A stretch of DNA of 63,823 nt, counting the filler, from an uncultured Methanosarcinales archaeon (GTDB taxonomy: Archaea; Nanobdellota; Nanobdellia; Woesearchaeales; CAYNLP01), in assembly GCA_964398115.1 (NCBI GenBank). It is 4 parts of 4 records of this genome, joined end to end, with 100 filler letters (N's around TTAATTAATTAA, not from the genome) between each part and the next. Parts side by side here need not be neighbours in the genome. Positions count along the whole stretch, not along the records: positions 43,704 to 63,823 come from CAYNLP010000016.1; 3 more parts are not named here. One strand, written 5' to 3'. The position numbers and the translations under genes are program-made. The notes under the pieces are model-generated. The model was not told the DNA's origin, made no database searches, and saw only the letters and a list, made by a program, of their open reading frames with translations. Shown here piece after piece: positions 47,287 through 58,089 of this stretch (within the stretch, counting starts at the first letter, position 1; every line of letters begins with the position of its first letter).

Positions 47287-48285
47287 CTACCACCGACTAC
47301 CAACATGATGATGCTTCAACTTCTGACTAACCAAAAACACAAATAGAACAAAACCAACATACAACAACATCAAACTACCATAACCCAAACCAACATCCTT
47401 AATCAAATCCACAACCGTCACAGTCAACCAAGACGCAACCGAAACCGAACCCGACAAAGACAACAAAAGATTATCCATAGGCCTAACAACATCAATACTC
47501 TTATCCCTCACACTCTCAACCAACTTCTCAACCACTGGACCGCTCAAGAAAACACCATTAACAATAATGATTCCAATAACGGTCTGCATAAACCTAAACT
47601 TAGCCGTGTTCGCCACCACATTATGAAAAATGAAATACACACTCACAAACTCAATCGCCAACCCCAACCAAACACCCTTACTTACATCATGAAAAGTAGG
47701 ATAAATAACCTGCTCGTGAATATCCGAACGCTTCGTCAACAAGAACAAGAAATCCAAAATCAAAACAGTACCTACTGTCAACACGCTATGGAATCCATGA
47801 CCCATAAAGAAAATCTGCTCCGAACTAAAACTACCCTCCCAAACAGGGAAACTAATCAAAACCGCAGCTAACGAAAACAAGAAAGCATAAAACCAAACAA
47901 TCTCATCACCAACCTCCTGCATGTGCTGACGCCAATACCAAACAATGCCAAGATAACCAAGAACAAACAAGAAAAAAACCGGAGACAAAACAACAAAAGC
48001 CTGCTCACTAGCAGCCAAGCTCGGAACCATAGTAATCCCCTCATGCGCCATAACACTATACGAGAAGAAACCATCAATACCAATCCAACTCAAAGTAGTC
48101 AAGAAAACACCAAGAGTCAAAGGACTCATCATCTCACGACTAGTCTCCATAAAAACCTCCTTCTCATCCCCCGACTCCCCCCGTTGCCGCCAATAAAAAT
48201 AAATACCCCACAAACAACTAGCACCAGCAAGTGCCAAACCAACCTGCTTCAAAATCGACAACACTTCAAAAACAGTTACCATCAT
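47287..48285 (-). CDS. Polytopic membrane protein
   Basis: About nine hydrophobic helices; GHGFHS motif. Confidence 0.65.
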   Translation of the reverse strand: MMVTVFEVLSILKQVGLALAGASCLWGIYFYWRQRGESGDEKEVFMETSREMMSPLTLGVFLTTLSWIGIDGFFSYSVMAHEGITMVPSLAASEQAFVVLSPVFFLFVLGYLGIVWYWRQHMQEVGDEIVWFYAFLFSLAAVLISFPVWEGSFSSEQIFFMGHGFHSVLTVGTVLILDFLFLLTKRSDIHEQVIYPTFHDVSKGVWLGLAIEFVSVYFIFHNVVANTAKFRFMQTVIGIIIVNGVFLSGPVVEKLVESVRDKSIDVVRPMDNLLLSLSGSVSVASWLTVTVVDLIKDVGLGYGSLMLLYVGFVLFVFLVSQKLKHHHVGSRW

Positions 48286-48491
48286 TTATCCACCCAATAC
48301 AAAACCATACCAACAACGTATAAACCATGACTAAAAAACCAGTAACTAAAATCTCCAGTCCAAAAAGTAGGAACTCCAGCAAGTATCAAAACACCTGAAA
48401 TTAACAAAACAATCCAGCTCAACTTCCAATCATCAACCATTATATCTAAAATATATCCTAACCACTCCTTATTAACACTTACGATTACCAA
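48282..48491 (-). CDS. Small membrane protein
   Basis: Two hydrophobic segments; overlaps the next gene; start uncertain. Confidence 0.5.
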   Translation of the reverse strand: MVIVSVNKEWLGYILDIMVDDWKLSWIVLLISGVLILAGVPTFWTGDFSYWFFSHGLYVVGMVLYWVDK

Positions 48492-48602
48492 AAAATTGTA
48501 AGAAAAAAATGGTGTCGTCTTTTTTCCTTACCAATCAAACTTGATTTCTCCCTCTTTTATAAAATTTCAAGGATAGCTAAGAATTAAAGTGTAAAGAAAT
48601 CG

Positions 48603-50288
48603 TTAACGGATGATATTTCCTAGTATCATGTTCCAAAAACCACCGTCGTCTGATTCCTGCTCCACATCCTCCCGTTCTATTTTCTCCGGTACTTGCTTTC
48701 CTGCTTGTTGGAGCCTATTCCTCAATTCTTCGTTTCTCTCTTCCAACTTGTCTATGTAGGTAGTCTGTTCTTCCAATTCTTGTTGCAGATCGGGACACTG
48801 TTTGGATTGTCCTGTTATCAACTTGCAACCTCGAAGACCTCTCTTCACGTGTTTAATCCTCTTCTGTATCTCTTGATCTTCTTTCTCTTTCACTTCACTT
48901 TCTTTTAACTCTTTTTTATATCGGTACAGAGTATAATTGAGATAACCGCACTTCGTTGATAACATTTCCTGCCTTTTCTTACACACTTCCAAGTCTTCTT
49001 CAAGATCACTTATCATCTCATCTGCCTTTTCGATTTCTCCCTCGCGTTGCTTAAAGAATTCAAGTTTCTTCTGTATAATTTCACACTCGCTCCCATTCAC
49101 TTCTTTTTTCCTCTTACACCATTCACTCTCCATCTCTATCTCTGATATCTTTGACTCAACTTCGTTTATCTCTTTCTTTATATCCATCTTTTGATCTTCA
49201 GGTGCTTGTTTCAGCCTTTCCTTTAGTTGAGATAATCTGTTCTTTTCTCGTTCCGCAATAGATTCCATCCTAGTGCAATCATCATTTTGTGATTGAATCC
49301 TTTGCACTTCTTCTTTTGTTCTTCCTTGGCACTCGGCTAAGCGCCGTCTGAGATTTCTAATTTTTGACTTTACTTCTTCTAGTTCCTTCTGGGATTGTTC
49401 ATCTCCTCGCTCTACAGACTCTTTCAACTTATCTCTTTTTCTGGTAAGTTCTCGCATTTGTCTTGCAAGTTTTTCGCAATCTTTGTTTTTTTCTGACCTT
49501 CTTATACCTGCGCATTCTTTGTGTTTCTGGATGGCTTGTTGTAATTTTTGCTGAAGTTCTTCTTCTTTTTCTGAACCTTTCGGCACTTCTTCTAGTTTTT
49601 GTTCTATGCTGTTCACGTTTTCAAGCAGATTTTTACACCTTCTTTTCTCATCTGATTCTTCTGACTTGCACCTTTCTAGGTTTTCCTTTTTCTGCTCTAT
49701 CTCTTTCTGGATGGATTTTCTTTTCTCTGATTCCGTTTCGGGCAGAATTTCTAATCTCTTTTTCATGTACTTAATATCGTGTTGTATACGAGCGCATTCA
49801 CCTTCTGGCTTTGTTTCACGTTTTTCTTTCTCTAGTCTGCATTCCTTTAAGTTTTGCCTCAATCGTTCGATGCCTTCTCTAGCTTCTCGCATTTCTTCTT
49901 CGGTAACCTCTGAGTTATTCTTGGCGTCTTTTAGCTTCTGCTTCGTTTCTTTGAGTCGTTGGGCTATGCTTTCGCACATTTCAGTTTCTGACTTTTCAAC
50001 AGTGGTGGCGACGGCTATAGAAGTAGCGTTTTTTTCTTCGCACATTTTGAGATAGTTTTTGAACCTTTGCAGTTTATCTTTAATCACTTCTAATTCTTGT
50101 TTTAGATCTTCTCCTGCTTCTTCATCATATTCTATAGTATCATTAAGAAGTTCTTTCTTGTCTTCCAGTTCTTTCACTTGGGAACGTAGGTCTTGACAAT
50201 TATATGTAGTTTCTTCCTGGGAAATAACGGAAGGAGAAATGATGAGAATCCATAGGAAAATGGTGAATGGGAGTATTCTCTTCATCAC
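48603..50288 (-). CDS. Secreted coiled-coil protein with Cys-bracketed repeats
   Basis: Signal peptide; eight C..(L/I)...L..C helical units; C-terminal GGFWNMILGNIIR. Confidence 0.75.
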   Translation of the reverse strand: MMKRILPFTIFLWILIISPSVISQEETTYNCQDLRSQVKELEDKKELLNDTIEYDEEAGEDLKQELEVIKDKLQRFKNYLKMCEEKNATSIAVATTVEKSETEMCESIAQRLKETKQKLKDAKNNSEVTEEEMREAREGIERLRQNLKECRLEKEKRETKPEGECARIQHDIKYMKKRLEILPETESEKRKSIQKEIEQKKENLERCKSEESDEKRRCKNLLENVNSIEQKLEEVPKGSEKEEELQQKLQQAIQKHKECAGIRRSEKNKDCEKLARQMRELTRKRDKLKESVERGDEQSQKELEEVKSKIRNLRRRLAECQGRTKEEVQRIQSQNDDCTRMESIAEREKNRLSQLKERLKQAPEDQKMDIKKEINEVESKISEIEMESEWCKRKKEVNGSECEIIQKKLEFFKQREGEIEKADEMISDLEEDLEVCKKRQEMLSTKCGYLNYTLYRYKKELKESEVKEKEDQEIQKRIKHVKRGLRGCKLITGQSKQCPDLQQELEEQTTYIDKLEERNEELRNRLQQAGKQVPEKIEREDVEQESDDGGFWNMILGNIIR

Positions 50289-50594
50289 AGGCTTTTACCC
50301 TGATTCTTCTTATTTAAAGATTATGATTTTTTAAAGAATGGATGTTGCTACGATTAATAACTCTTTTCTACTATATCTTTTTTTTTGGGTTTTACTACAA
50401 ATTTTTTTGGTAAAGGCTGAAAACGATTAATTCTTCGCTCGGACTGTTTTGACCTTTTCATCCTTGCTCTTTTCAACACTTCTGGATATGTCAAGCTCGT
50501 CAGCTTATTCGAGGAAATCTATGATTCTAGATGGAAGATATCGTTCGTTCTGAAAAATTCTTGAGAAAAAAAGTAAATCTTTGAAATTATTGTC

Positions 50595-52592
50595 CTAACA
50601 ACCAAACACTGCGCATACCAAGTTGACGAAGGCTTTGACCACACCTCCTCTGCTTTCTTCGGAAGTTTCACCTGTCTGATTTTCTTCTTCACTTGTTTGT
50701 TCTTCTCCACTTTCGCCGGTGCTTCCATCTCCAGTTATCTGTACCGTTTTTTCTGCCGTCGCTGTCTCTCCACGACTATCACGTACGCTCAACAAAACGG
50801 TGTATTCGCCTGACTTGTTGTATGTGTGGGTGGCGCTTTCGCCCGAGTATGAATAACCGTCGCCCATCTGCCATTCGAACTTCTGAATCTTTCCGTCTGG
50901 ATCGTTACTACTAGCACCATTTAAGTTGACGGTGTCTCCAACTTTGGGATTTGCTGGTGACAAGCTTATCCTGGCATTTGGAGCTTGGTTCGGCTCGTCT
51001 ACTTTGACTTGTTTGCTCACGGTCGTGACTTCACCCTTGTCATCCTCAACTTCTAATGTTACGGTGTATGTTCCTGAGTTCTGGAAATTATGGCTGATTT
51101 GCTCTCCATTCGCTGATGTTCCGCTTCCGAATTGCCAGTCATAACTTACTATGTTTCCGTCGTAGTCACTGCTCGCACTCGCGGTGAAGCTGACCGATTC
51201 CCCTGTTACCGGTGTGGGATCACTCATGCTGAACTTGGCAACAGGAACGGCGTTGTTCACCTTAACGCTCTTGGTGATAGTAGTGGTGTTGCCGGCAGCG
51301 TTTTCTAATTCCAGCTTTACGTTGTAGGTTCCTGGACTTTTGTAAGTGTGCTTGACCGATATTCCATTCTTACTGGTACCGTCTCCCATGTTCCATCTGT
51401 AGTTGGTGATGTTACCCCAGAAGCTGTAGCTCGGCGACGCGTCGAAGTGCACGGTATCACCAGATTCTAAGGTTTTGGGAGAGAACGTGAAGTTACCCAC
51501 CAGGAAGTTACCAATCTCAGGAAGCTGATTCAAAGTGTAACTGATTTGGTTGAAGTCGGGCATGGTATATCCCATTCCCCAGTCGTATGACCCACTGCTG
51601 CTATCTGAGCCGGTGAAGTCGGCATGAACTGTTGTGCCGGGCGTGACGTGTTCGTAAGTCTTCGTCGTATCATTGTGCGTCACCAACACTTTAAGCTGAT
51701 TACCGATCCAATAATTCCTGTTAAAGGGAGTGGTGGCCTGAGTCTCGTCATACACTCTGTCGGTGAATTGTCCATCTTCCGTGATATATTTGTAAATCTT
51801 TATCTTCGCCCCGCTAGGCTCGCTACTCACACCCAGCGGCTTCTTTATCTTGTCCAGTTTGAAATTGATAGTTTGGGGAGGGTTCAAGCGCAGGCTTTTG
51901 GATTCGGACTCGTAGCCCTGTTTGGAAACCGTGATGCTCTTACGGCCTTCCCGTTCAGCAACGTCCACCGGCATCCGGGTTGTGTAAGGCGTTCCCCCCT
52001 TGTAATCTCCATTAATGCTGACCGAGGCGGCGTCCACGTTAGAAGTTATCTTGACCTGTGCCTTCTTGTCCTGAGAGGCCGGTTCCAGCCTGATAGGATT
52101 CTTGAAGAAAACTGTGGTCTGGTCTAACTTCTCATCTTTGCTCGACGTGTCCCAACTGTTGCTGTCGCTCTCGTAGTAGAGGAAGGCCAAGGCAGAAATC
52201 TTTTTGCCCGTGTGTAACCTCTGATAGGCAGAATCCAGATTGTCGGATTTAAGTTTCTTCAGGGAAATCTTTTCTGAATAGAAATTGGTGTCAAATCCTT
52301 TTTGATAAACTCCCAGGGAACTGACGAAGTGGTCTCCGTCCTCTACGATGCTGATAGCAAACTTCGGCTCTCCCTTGTTCTGCAGGGCGTTCGGTTTGAA
52401 CGGCTTGCCCACGTCGTTAATGTAAGTACCTGCCGCCCAGGACAGTTCGAAAGAACGGACGTAGCCATCGCCGTCCTTGTCAACCTTGTTCTTAACACCC
52501 TCGTTGTAGATGTGTTGTGCAGAAGTCAATCCAGATACGAGTAGAAGTGCAGATAAACTGATTAAAGCTGCTCTTGTAAGCTTCACCCTCAT
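50595..52592 (-). CDS. Surface protein with PEGA and three PKD domains
   Basis: Start MRVKL at 52592 with GGGGGT SD; GGTPY..ITVSKQGY (PEGA); W.MGDG/WQFGSG...HTY...G.Y.V.L three times. Confidence 0.88.
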   Translation of the reverse strand: MRVKLTRAALISLSALLLVSGLTSAQHIYNEGVKNKVDKDGDGYVRSFELSWAAGTYINDVGKPFKPNALQNKGEPKFAISIVEDGDHFVSSLGVYQKGFDTNFYSEKISLKKLKSDNLDSAYQRLHTGKKISALAFLYYESDSNSWDTSSKDEKLDQTTVFFKNPIRLEPASQDKKAQVKITSNVDAASVSINGDYKGGTPYTTRMPVDVAEREGRKSITVSKQGYESESKSLRLNPPQTINFKLDKIKKPLGVSSEPSGAKIKIYKYITEDGQFTDRVYDETQATTPFNRNYWIGNQLKVLVTHNDTTKTYEHVTPGTTVHADFTGSDSSSGSYDWGMGYTMPDFNQISYTLNQLPEIGNFLVGNFTFSPKTLESGDTVHFDASPSYSFWGNITNYRWNMGDGTSKNGISVKHTYKSPGTYNVKLELENAAGNTTTITKSVKVNNAVPVAKFSMSDPTPVTGESVSFTASASSDYDGNIVSYDWQFGSGTSANGEQISHNFQNSGTYTVTLEVEDDKGEVTTVSKQVKVDEPNQAPNARISLSPANPKVGDTVNLNGASSNDPDGKIQKFEWQMGDGYSYSGESATHTYNKSGEYTVLLSVRDSRGETATAEKTVQITGDGSTGESGEEQTSEEENQTGETSEESRGGVVKAFVNLVCAVFGC

Positions 52593-52835
52593 ACCCCCAA
52601 TCTTAATTAACTTATAAAGAAAGTGTTTATTAAAAATGTTATCCAAAGTTATTTGAGACCATAGCCCGGGCAGACTGTATGAAGAAAACGCAGACAAAGA
52701 TGAATTCAGCCTTAACGAACACCTATACAAAAAGGAATTATGAACTGTGACTGGTCAAAAACTGACTTAGTACCTTTATTTAAGAAACAAAAAATTAATA
52801 TAATTATATTGTTTATCTAAGCTTGGGTGGTCATT

Positions 52836-53417
52836 ATGGATAGGGGGGATTCTGACTCTCCAAATCTTACACAAAATGACAAAACAGTCTTGAAAAAAAT
52901 TTTAGACGCTAAAAAGATTCCAAATAGTGATATAGCAAAAGAGATGAATCTTTCACCTCAAGCGATATTTAAAATAAGGGAAAAATTAGAAGACTGTGGA
53001 ATTATCAAAGGATACGTACCAATAATTGATTTCAAGAAAATCGGGATAAGTATAATGGCCCTCCTTATTGTTCGTATCTCTCCTGCTATGTGGGATTCTT
53101 TTTCAGACTCTCAAATTTCAGAAAAGATATCGGAAGCTCCCTATGTAATCAGCGCTTATAGGGTTGCTGGTGAAAGTGCTTCACACGTCCTCTTGCTGGC
53201 TTTTAGAGATACAGACCAGAAGGAGAAGTATATCTCAGAGATTCAGACAAGCTTTGCTGAAGAAGTTCAGCTTAAGAGCGTATTTACTTTTTCCGTGGAC
53301 AAGATTATCTCGCACAACTCAATCGGGATCTTGCATGAGATAATCGATAAAGAAGAATTTTCACCAGATGACATATTCCTAAACCATATTGAAGAATCAT
53401 CAGACGATAAATCTTGA
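52836..53417 (+). CDS. Lrp/AsnC-family transcriptional regulator
   Basis: D..VL..I......S.IA..M.LS..AI.K...KLE..GIIKGY...ID.KKIG. Confidence 0.88.
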   Translation: MDRGDSDSPNLTQNDKTVLKKILDAKKIPNSDIAKEMNLSPQAIFKIREKLEDCGIIKGYVPIIDFKKIGISIMALLIVRISPAMWDSFSDSQISEKISEAPYVISAYRVAGESASHVLLLAFRDTDQKEKYISEIQTSFAEEVQLKSVFTFSVDKIISHNSIGILHEIIDKEEFSPDDIFLNHIEESSDDKS

Positions 53418-54027
53418 ACGAGTATAACCAATTTCCTCCGTTTATAAAAAATTGATATTATCAACTAATATCTGCTAACAGCTTTAGAATATCTACGCAA
53501 GATATAAGAACTTCGAGAATAGATGTAGATATGTGATAAAAAAGGGGTCAGTATTCCCGCAGAGATTGAAGATCAGTTTGTGCGTTTTTGCAACTGGTTG
53601 TTTAAGGATTGTAGCGGGTCTTTGCCTAATGGGGGTATAAGATACTGACTCAAGATTTAAGGTGGGACACTTGAAGAAGTTGACCTTATATCTGCCTTGA
53701 CACTGGTAGTTCATTTTACTTTAGGAACAGGAGGTTTGATGGATTCCCAGTCTTCTAGAATTAATGGCAGATGAAAGGGTATCTGAAATTGTAGCAATGG
53801 CAGAAATAGCACATGAGCGTGTTTTAACAAAAGCAAAAGAAAGGATGAAGAGAGAATTGGAAGCCATAAACACTTTTATTGGGGGGATGAACTGAATGAT
53901 AAATTTCAATAAGATTGAAGTAAGAAGGTCGATAGACTACTGGCGGTACTTAAGATTAATGATGATAAGTAATCAGTCAAAGCGAACAGATTTTGAGCAG
54001 AAAAAACTAATGAGGGAAAATAACAAA

Positions 54028-54204
54028 ATGGGAGAAGACGAAGAAAGATTGACGAACGATATGGATACAATTATATGTAGTCATTGCGATAAAGAAATAA
54101 CAAGTCCTGCATTGGCTGGTTTGACGCTTGTATGTCCTTATTGTAAAAAATCGGTCAATGGTCAATATTATCATCAATTTGATCCTGATTCAACAAAAGA
54201 GTAG
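54028..54204 (+). CDS. Small zinc-ribbon protein (start uncertain, 53896-54028)
   Basis: CSHC...CPYC. Confidence 0.5.
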   Translation: MGEDEERLTNDMDTIICSHCDKEITSPALAGLTLVCPYCKKSVNGQYYHQFDPDSTKE

Positions 54205-54261
54205 CTAACGATAGCCACACAGTAAAAGTAATAGTGTTGCGATTTAACAAAAAAATAAGCC

Positions 54262-54459
54262 ATGGAGGGGTTTTGTATGACAGGTAAAAGGAACAAATCA
54301 GAAAAACGTGAGTACCTTAAGACGCATGACTATCTTGAGAAGAGGATTGATGAGAAAAAAAGAGATGCAGACAGGATAGAAACGTCTGAGGAAAATGATG
54401 ATGCAAGAGTTCTTGAAAAGGGTAAGAAAGAGAATAAGCCTTGGATTCGCTTTTTATGA
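54262..54459 (+). CDS. Small charged hypothetical protein
   Basis: ORF with GGAGG preceding an internal ATG. Confidence 0.35.
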   Translation: MEGFCMTGKRNKSEKREYLKTHDYLEKRIDEKKRDADRIETSEENDDARVLEKGKKENKPWIRFL

Positions 54460-54467
54460 CGTACAAG

Positions 54468-54646
54468 TCAGTTAGAAATTTCATCCCAGTGTACAAATAA
54501 ATATAGAACAATGGCAAGTATAAGTCCAATAACTAGAACAAGTAAATCACTTTGAAATGTTCCTAAAAACCACTAAAAACAGCTCCTAGAAATCCAGCAA
54601 TAAGAATATCCGCAAAATCCTGAGTTTTGCTATCAATTTCAACCAT
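54468..54646 (-). pseudogene. Frameshifted small membrane protein
   Basis: MVEIDSKTQDFADILIAGFLGAVFSGF then stop; one extra T in a T5 run continues into GTFQSDLLVLVIGLILAIVLYLFVHWDEISN. Confidence 0.35.
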
Positions 54647-54779
54647 ACAAATGAAGTAGATATCAAAGCCTATAAATATCACTCTCTGCCTTTTATCTAT
54701 AACCCGCTATTTCTTTTCGATATAAATAATAATTATTCTTTACCTAATTTTTATAAGCAGTCCTTTTCTAATTAGCTTC

Positions 54780-55547
54780 ATGGATGAGTTAGAAGTCGCG
54801 GAGAAAGCAGCTAGGAAAGCTGGAAGTGTTCATCTAAAGCATTTTAGGAAGGATCACAAGTCGGAGCGGAAAAAAGATAAGAGTTTGTTAACACAGACTG
54901 ACACAGAAAGTGATGAAGTAATTATTGAAGTTTTAAAGAATAACTTTCCAGAGTATAATTTCTTGGGGGAAGAGTGTGGTTTTGTTGACAACGATAGTGA
55001 CTTGACTTGGATGATTGATCCGTTGGATGGCACAGCTAATTTCGCTCGTGGAGATCGAGAGTTTTGCAGCGTAGTTAGTTTAGTGAAAGATAAAGAAGCT
55101 GTGCTCAGCGCTATGTACTTTTCTGTTTATGATGAATTATACAAAGCTGTAAAGGGAGAAGGTGCGTGGAGAGATGGTGAAAAGTTGAGTGTTAGTTCTA
55201 AAAACGATATTTCCGAAATGGACGCGGTTTCTCACATGCCAACCCACGAAGATGAAAGACCTCCGAATCTTGAAATTTATAACAAGATTGTTTCTGAAGT
55301 TAACAGGGTTGAAATCCCTCGGACTTGTATTATCAGAAGCTTGGCGAAGTTGGCAGAAGGTAGCATGGATTTCTGTTTCAGAACTTGCATGGATTATTGG
55401 GATACCGGAGCAGGTGCTTTACTCGTTGAAGAAGCTGGTGGCGTAGCTACTGATTTCAACGGTGAGACTTTTAACCTAGATTCTGAGAATTATTTAATTT
55501 CTAACGGCGTGTGTCATGAATCATTGTTAGATTTGATTAATTCTTAA
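54780..55547 (+). CDS. Inositol monophosphatase family protein
   Basis: GEE, WMIDPLDGTANF, WDTGAG.L.VEEAGG. Confidence 0.93.
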   Translation: MDELEVAEKAARKAGSVHLKHFRKDHKSERKKDKSLLTQTDTESDEVIIEVLKNNFPEYNFLGEECGFVDNDSDLTWMIDPLDGTANFARGDREFCSVVSLVKDKEAVLSAMYFSVYDELYKAVKGEGAWRDGEKLSVSSKNDISEMDAVSHMPTHEDERPPNLEIYNKIVSEVNRVEIPRTCIIRSLAKLAEGSMDFCFRTCMDYWDTGAGALLVEEAGGVATDFNGETFNLDSENYLISNGVCHESLLDLINS

Positions 55548-55616
55548 TCTTATCTTTAACTATACTTTTTTGTATCGGGTGAGGAAGTTTTTCTTAAGAA
55601 GCGGGTTTGTAAAATC

Positions 55617-56084
55617 CTATATCTCTACTTTGGTTATAGAGAATTTGCTTTTAGCTCTTCGTATATCTTCTTCCGATGCTTCTGTTCTCAATTTTTTGTA
55701 CATCTCTCGTAGTTTGTTTTCCCAACGGCCTCTCTGGTATGTTAAGACTTCTACTTGGTCCGCTCCTCCCCTTCCAGTTACTTGCACATCTGCGATAGGG
55801 TTTGAAGTGTCTTCTGGCGAGTTTATCAAATCTTTCACTCGAAGCACAAGTTCGCCTTCATCTTCAGTTTCTATTAATTCGTCTCCGAAGTAATGTCTTC
55901 TTAAGTATATTTGCAACCCTTCTCTTCTAAATAAGTATTGGGCGACTGCGCTGTCTTTTTCACGATGTTCTGGACCTCCTTCCCCGTAGTTTGTTGCTAG
56001 AGTTCTGGCGGCGTCTACCAATTCCAAATTTTCCAATATTTCAGCCAGTCTTTCTTTTCTGAGTTCAAGTTCTAACTCGTTCAT
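55617..56084 (-). CDS. Hypothetical protein
   Basis: 155-aa ORF; AATATAAA upstream. Confidence 0.55.
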   Translation of the reverse strand: MNELELELRKERLAEILENLELVDAARTLATNYGEGGPEHREKDSAVAQYLFRREGLQIYLRRHYFGDELIETEDEGELVLRVKDLINSPEDTSNPIADVQVTGRGGADQVEVLTYQRGRWENKLREMYKKLRTEASEEDIRRAKSKFSITKVEI

Positions 56085-56284
56085 CTTGTTGGATAGAAAC
56101 GTGACATTCTTTATATTATTTACGTCTTTAGAGTAGCCAAGTTTTAATAATTTAAACTCTGAAATTCCTTTATTGTCTGTAAGTTAAGTAATTGAAAGAA
56201 TTTTTTACTATAAAGTAACAAATAATTTATAAACTGTTTTAAAGCGTAAAAAAATCGCCCACTATCTATAACCCCTGAAGGGGA

Positions 56285-56357
56285 TAGCCCCACCCAGATT
56301 CGAACTGGGGTCGCGCGGCCCAAAACCGCGCATGATTGGCCGCTACACTATGGGGCT
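56285..56357 (-). tRNA. tRNA-Gln(TTG)
   Basis: AGCCCCA/TGGGGCT acceptor stem, CGCGG-TT TTG GG-CCGCG anticodon arm, TTCGAAT T-loop; no encoded CCA. Confidence 0.95.
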
Positions 56358-56409
56358 ATATCAACCTCTAAACATATAGAATTCTCAACTGCTTTTTAAC
56401 ACTTTCCAT

Positions 56410-56685
56410 TCACTCATCGTAAAGAAGCAAAGGTTCATAAGAACTCAAATGCTGCACAGGAGTTAAACGACTAAACACAAGATCCCCGCCATCCATCTTA
56501 ACATCTCCCAAAACTAGTTGCTTGTCACCAGCAACGTAAGTCAAGCCACCAACATATCTCAACTCCGTCGGTGCACTCGCACCAGCCAACCTAACCTCAG
56601 CAACTTCTACCGGTTCAAAAAAACCTTCAACATCCTCGAAATCTCTTTCAGGCAAGTGCTCCAAAACCCTTTCATCAATAGCCAT
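56410..56685 (-). CDS. Hypothetical protein
   Basis: MAIDERVLEHL...; 91-aa ORF. Confidence 0.5.
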   Translation of the reverse strand: MAIDERVLEHLPERDFEDVEGFFEPVEVAEVRLAGASAPTELRYVGGLTYVAGDKQLVLGDVKMDGGDLVFSRLTPVQHLSSYEPLLLYDE

Positions 56686-56746
56686 ACACAGAGAAATAGT
56701 TAATATAACAATATTTAAATCTAATGTTTCCACAATTTAAGAATTG

Positions 56747-58042
56747 ATGAAAAACAAAACCTGGATATTAATAATCCTATTACTAGCCCTAACCGTAAGG
56801 ATATATCCACTACAAAACTACACAGAATGGGATGAAAGCATCTACCTACAACACGCCGAATACATAGACGAAGGAAAAAACAACTACAACGAATGGCAAT
56901 TAAGACCCCCGCTGGTAAGCATCTTGATAGCCGAGGCATGGCAAGTATGGGATCACATATACGCAGCACAAATACTCATAAACATCTTAGCCGCGCTCAT
57001 AGTAATACCCATATACTATATAGGAAAGAAACTACACAGCAAGAAAGCCGGACAATTCTCAAGCCTACTCGTCGCAATCTATCCCCTATTTGTAAGAAAC
57101 GGACACATGATCCTCACAGACAGCATACTAGCCACCTTCCTAGCCACCACACTCCTACTAACACTTAAGCAAGAAAAAACCAGGTCTTTAATAGCAGGAC
57201 TAATAGGAGGCTTGGCAATACTCACCAAATTCACAGCACTCGCACCACTAGCAATACTAGGACTCTACCACTACTGGAAAGAACGGAAAAAACTACCTAA
57301 GAAAACCCTCCTCTACACAATAGGAACACTAATACCTGTCATTCCCTACCTAGCGTGGAACCAAAAAATGTTCGGCAACATGCTACAACCATTCATCCAA
57401 AGCGCAAGAGTAGCAAGCACCGCAGGAAGCCAACAATGGATATATCCTGTCCTAACGATACCCCTAATGCTAGGCCTAGCACTTTACACCTGGCAAAGCA
57501 AAAAAGACCGAGAATACCTCACCATCGCAACCCTATGGACTGTAACAGTAACTCTCGGCGTGATAACAATACACATAGAACCACGATACCTCATACCCGC
57601 CGTCCTACCATTCATACCACTAGCAGGAATAGGATACACCGACACGACAGAAAAACTAAAATGGAAACACGCCACCACCACCGCCATAGCTTTAATAACA
57701 ATATTCAGCCTACCCGCATTTACCTACTTCCAATACAACCCAACAGTCAATTGGAAGACACCCACGATAAAAGCAACCGAATACATAAACCAAAACAACA
57801 TTACCGAAAAGATATGCGCGACAAAAGACTATCCCGTCTATGCATACTACACACAAAACAAAATAAACGTAGTAGACGGCCCTCACTTCGAAGAATACTA
57901 TCCACAAATACTACGAGGAAGTTGCATCCTAACAGTATACAAAAACAGAGATCAAATCCCAACAATAAGCTGGGCAGATCAACAACCACGCCTCCAAGAG
58001 ATATACGAAAACGAAAAACTAAAGCTATACCGCTACCACTGA
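56747..58042 (+). CDS. GT-C fold glycosyltransferase (ArnT/PMT, GT39/83-like)
   Basis: WDESIY, RPPL, GLAILTKFT, EPRYLIP; about 11 TMs. Confidence 0.88.
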   Translation: MKNKTWILIILLLALTVRIYPLQNYTEWDESIYLQHAEYIDEGKNNYNEWQLRPPLVSILIAEAWQVWDHIYAAQILINILAALIVIPIYYIGKKLHSKKAGQFSSLLVAIYPLFVRNGHMILTDSILATFLATTLLLTLKQEKTRSLIAGLIGGLAILTKFTALAPLAILGLYHYWKERKKLPKKTLLYTIGTLIPVIPYLAWNQKMFGNMLQPFIQSARVASTAGSQQWIYPVLTIPLMLGLALYTWQSKKDREYLTIATLWTVTVTLGVITIHIEPRYLIPAVLPFIPLAGIGYTDTTEKLKWKHATTTAIALITIFSLPAFTYFQYNPTVNWKTPTIKATEYINQNNITEKICATKDYPVYAYYTQNKINVVDGPHFEEYYPQILRGSCILTVYKNRDQIPTISWADQQPRLQEIYENEKLKLYRYH

Positions 58043-58089
58043 TAAAAAAATAAATATTTTTAAATACCACAGGGTTTTTGTAGCTACTA

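Noticed and set aside
53493..53895. Short broken plus-strand frames (e.g. MADERVSEIVAMAE...)
   Set aside because: Probably a decayed gene, but no family is recognisable, so it is not called.
56285..56357. tRNA-Gln as an integration site for the low-skew segment
   Set aside because: No duplicated tRNA 3' end, integrase or transposase was found in the window.
57355..58053. 232-aa alternate-frame ORF inside the glycosyltransferase
   Set aside because: T-poor, A/C-skewed strand rarely produces stop codons; the H/R/T/N-rich product is not protein-like.
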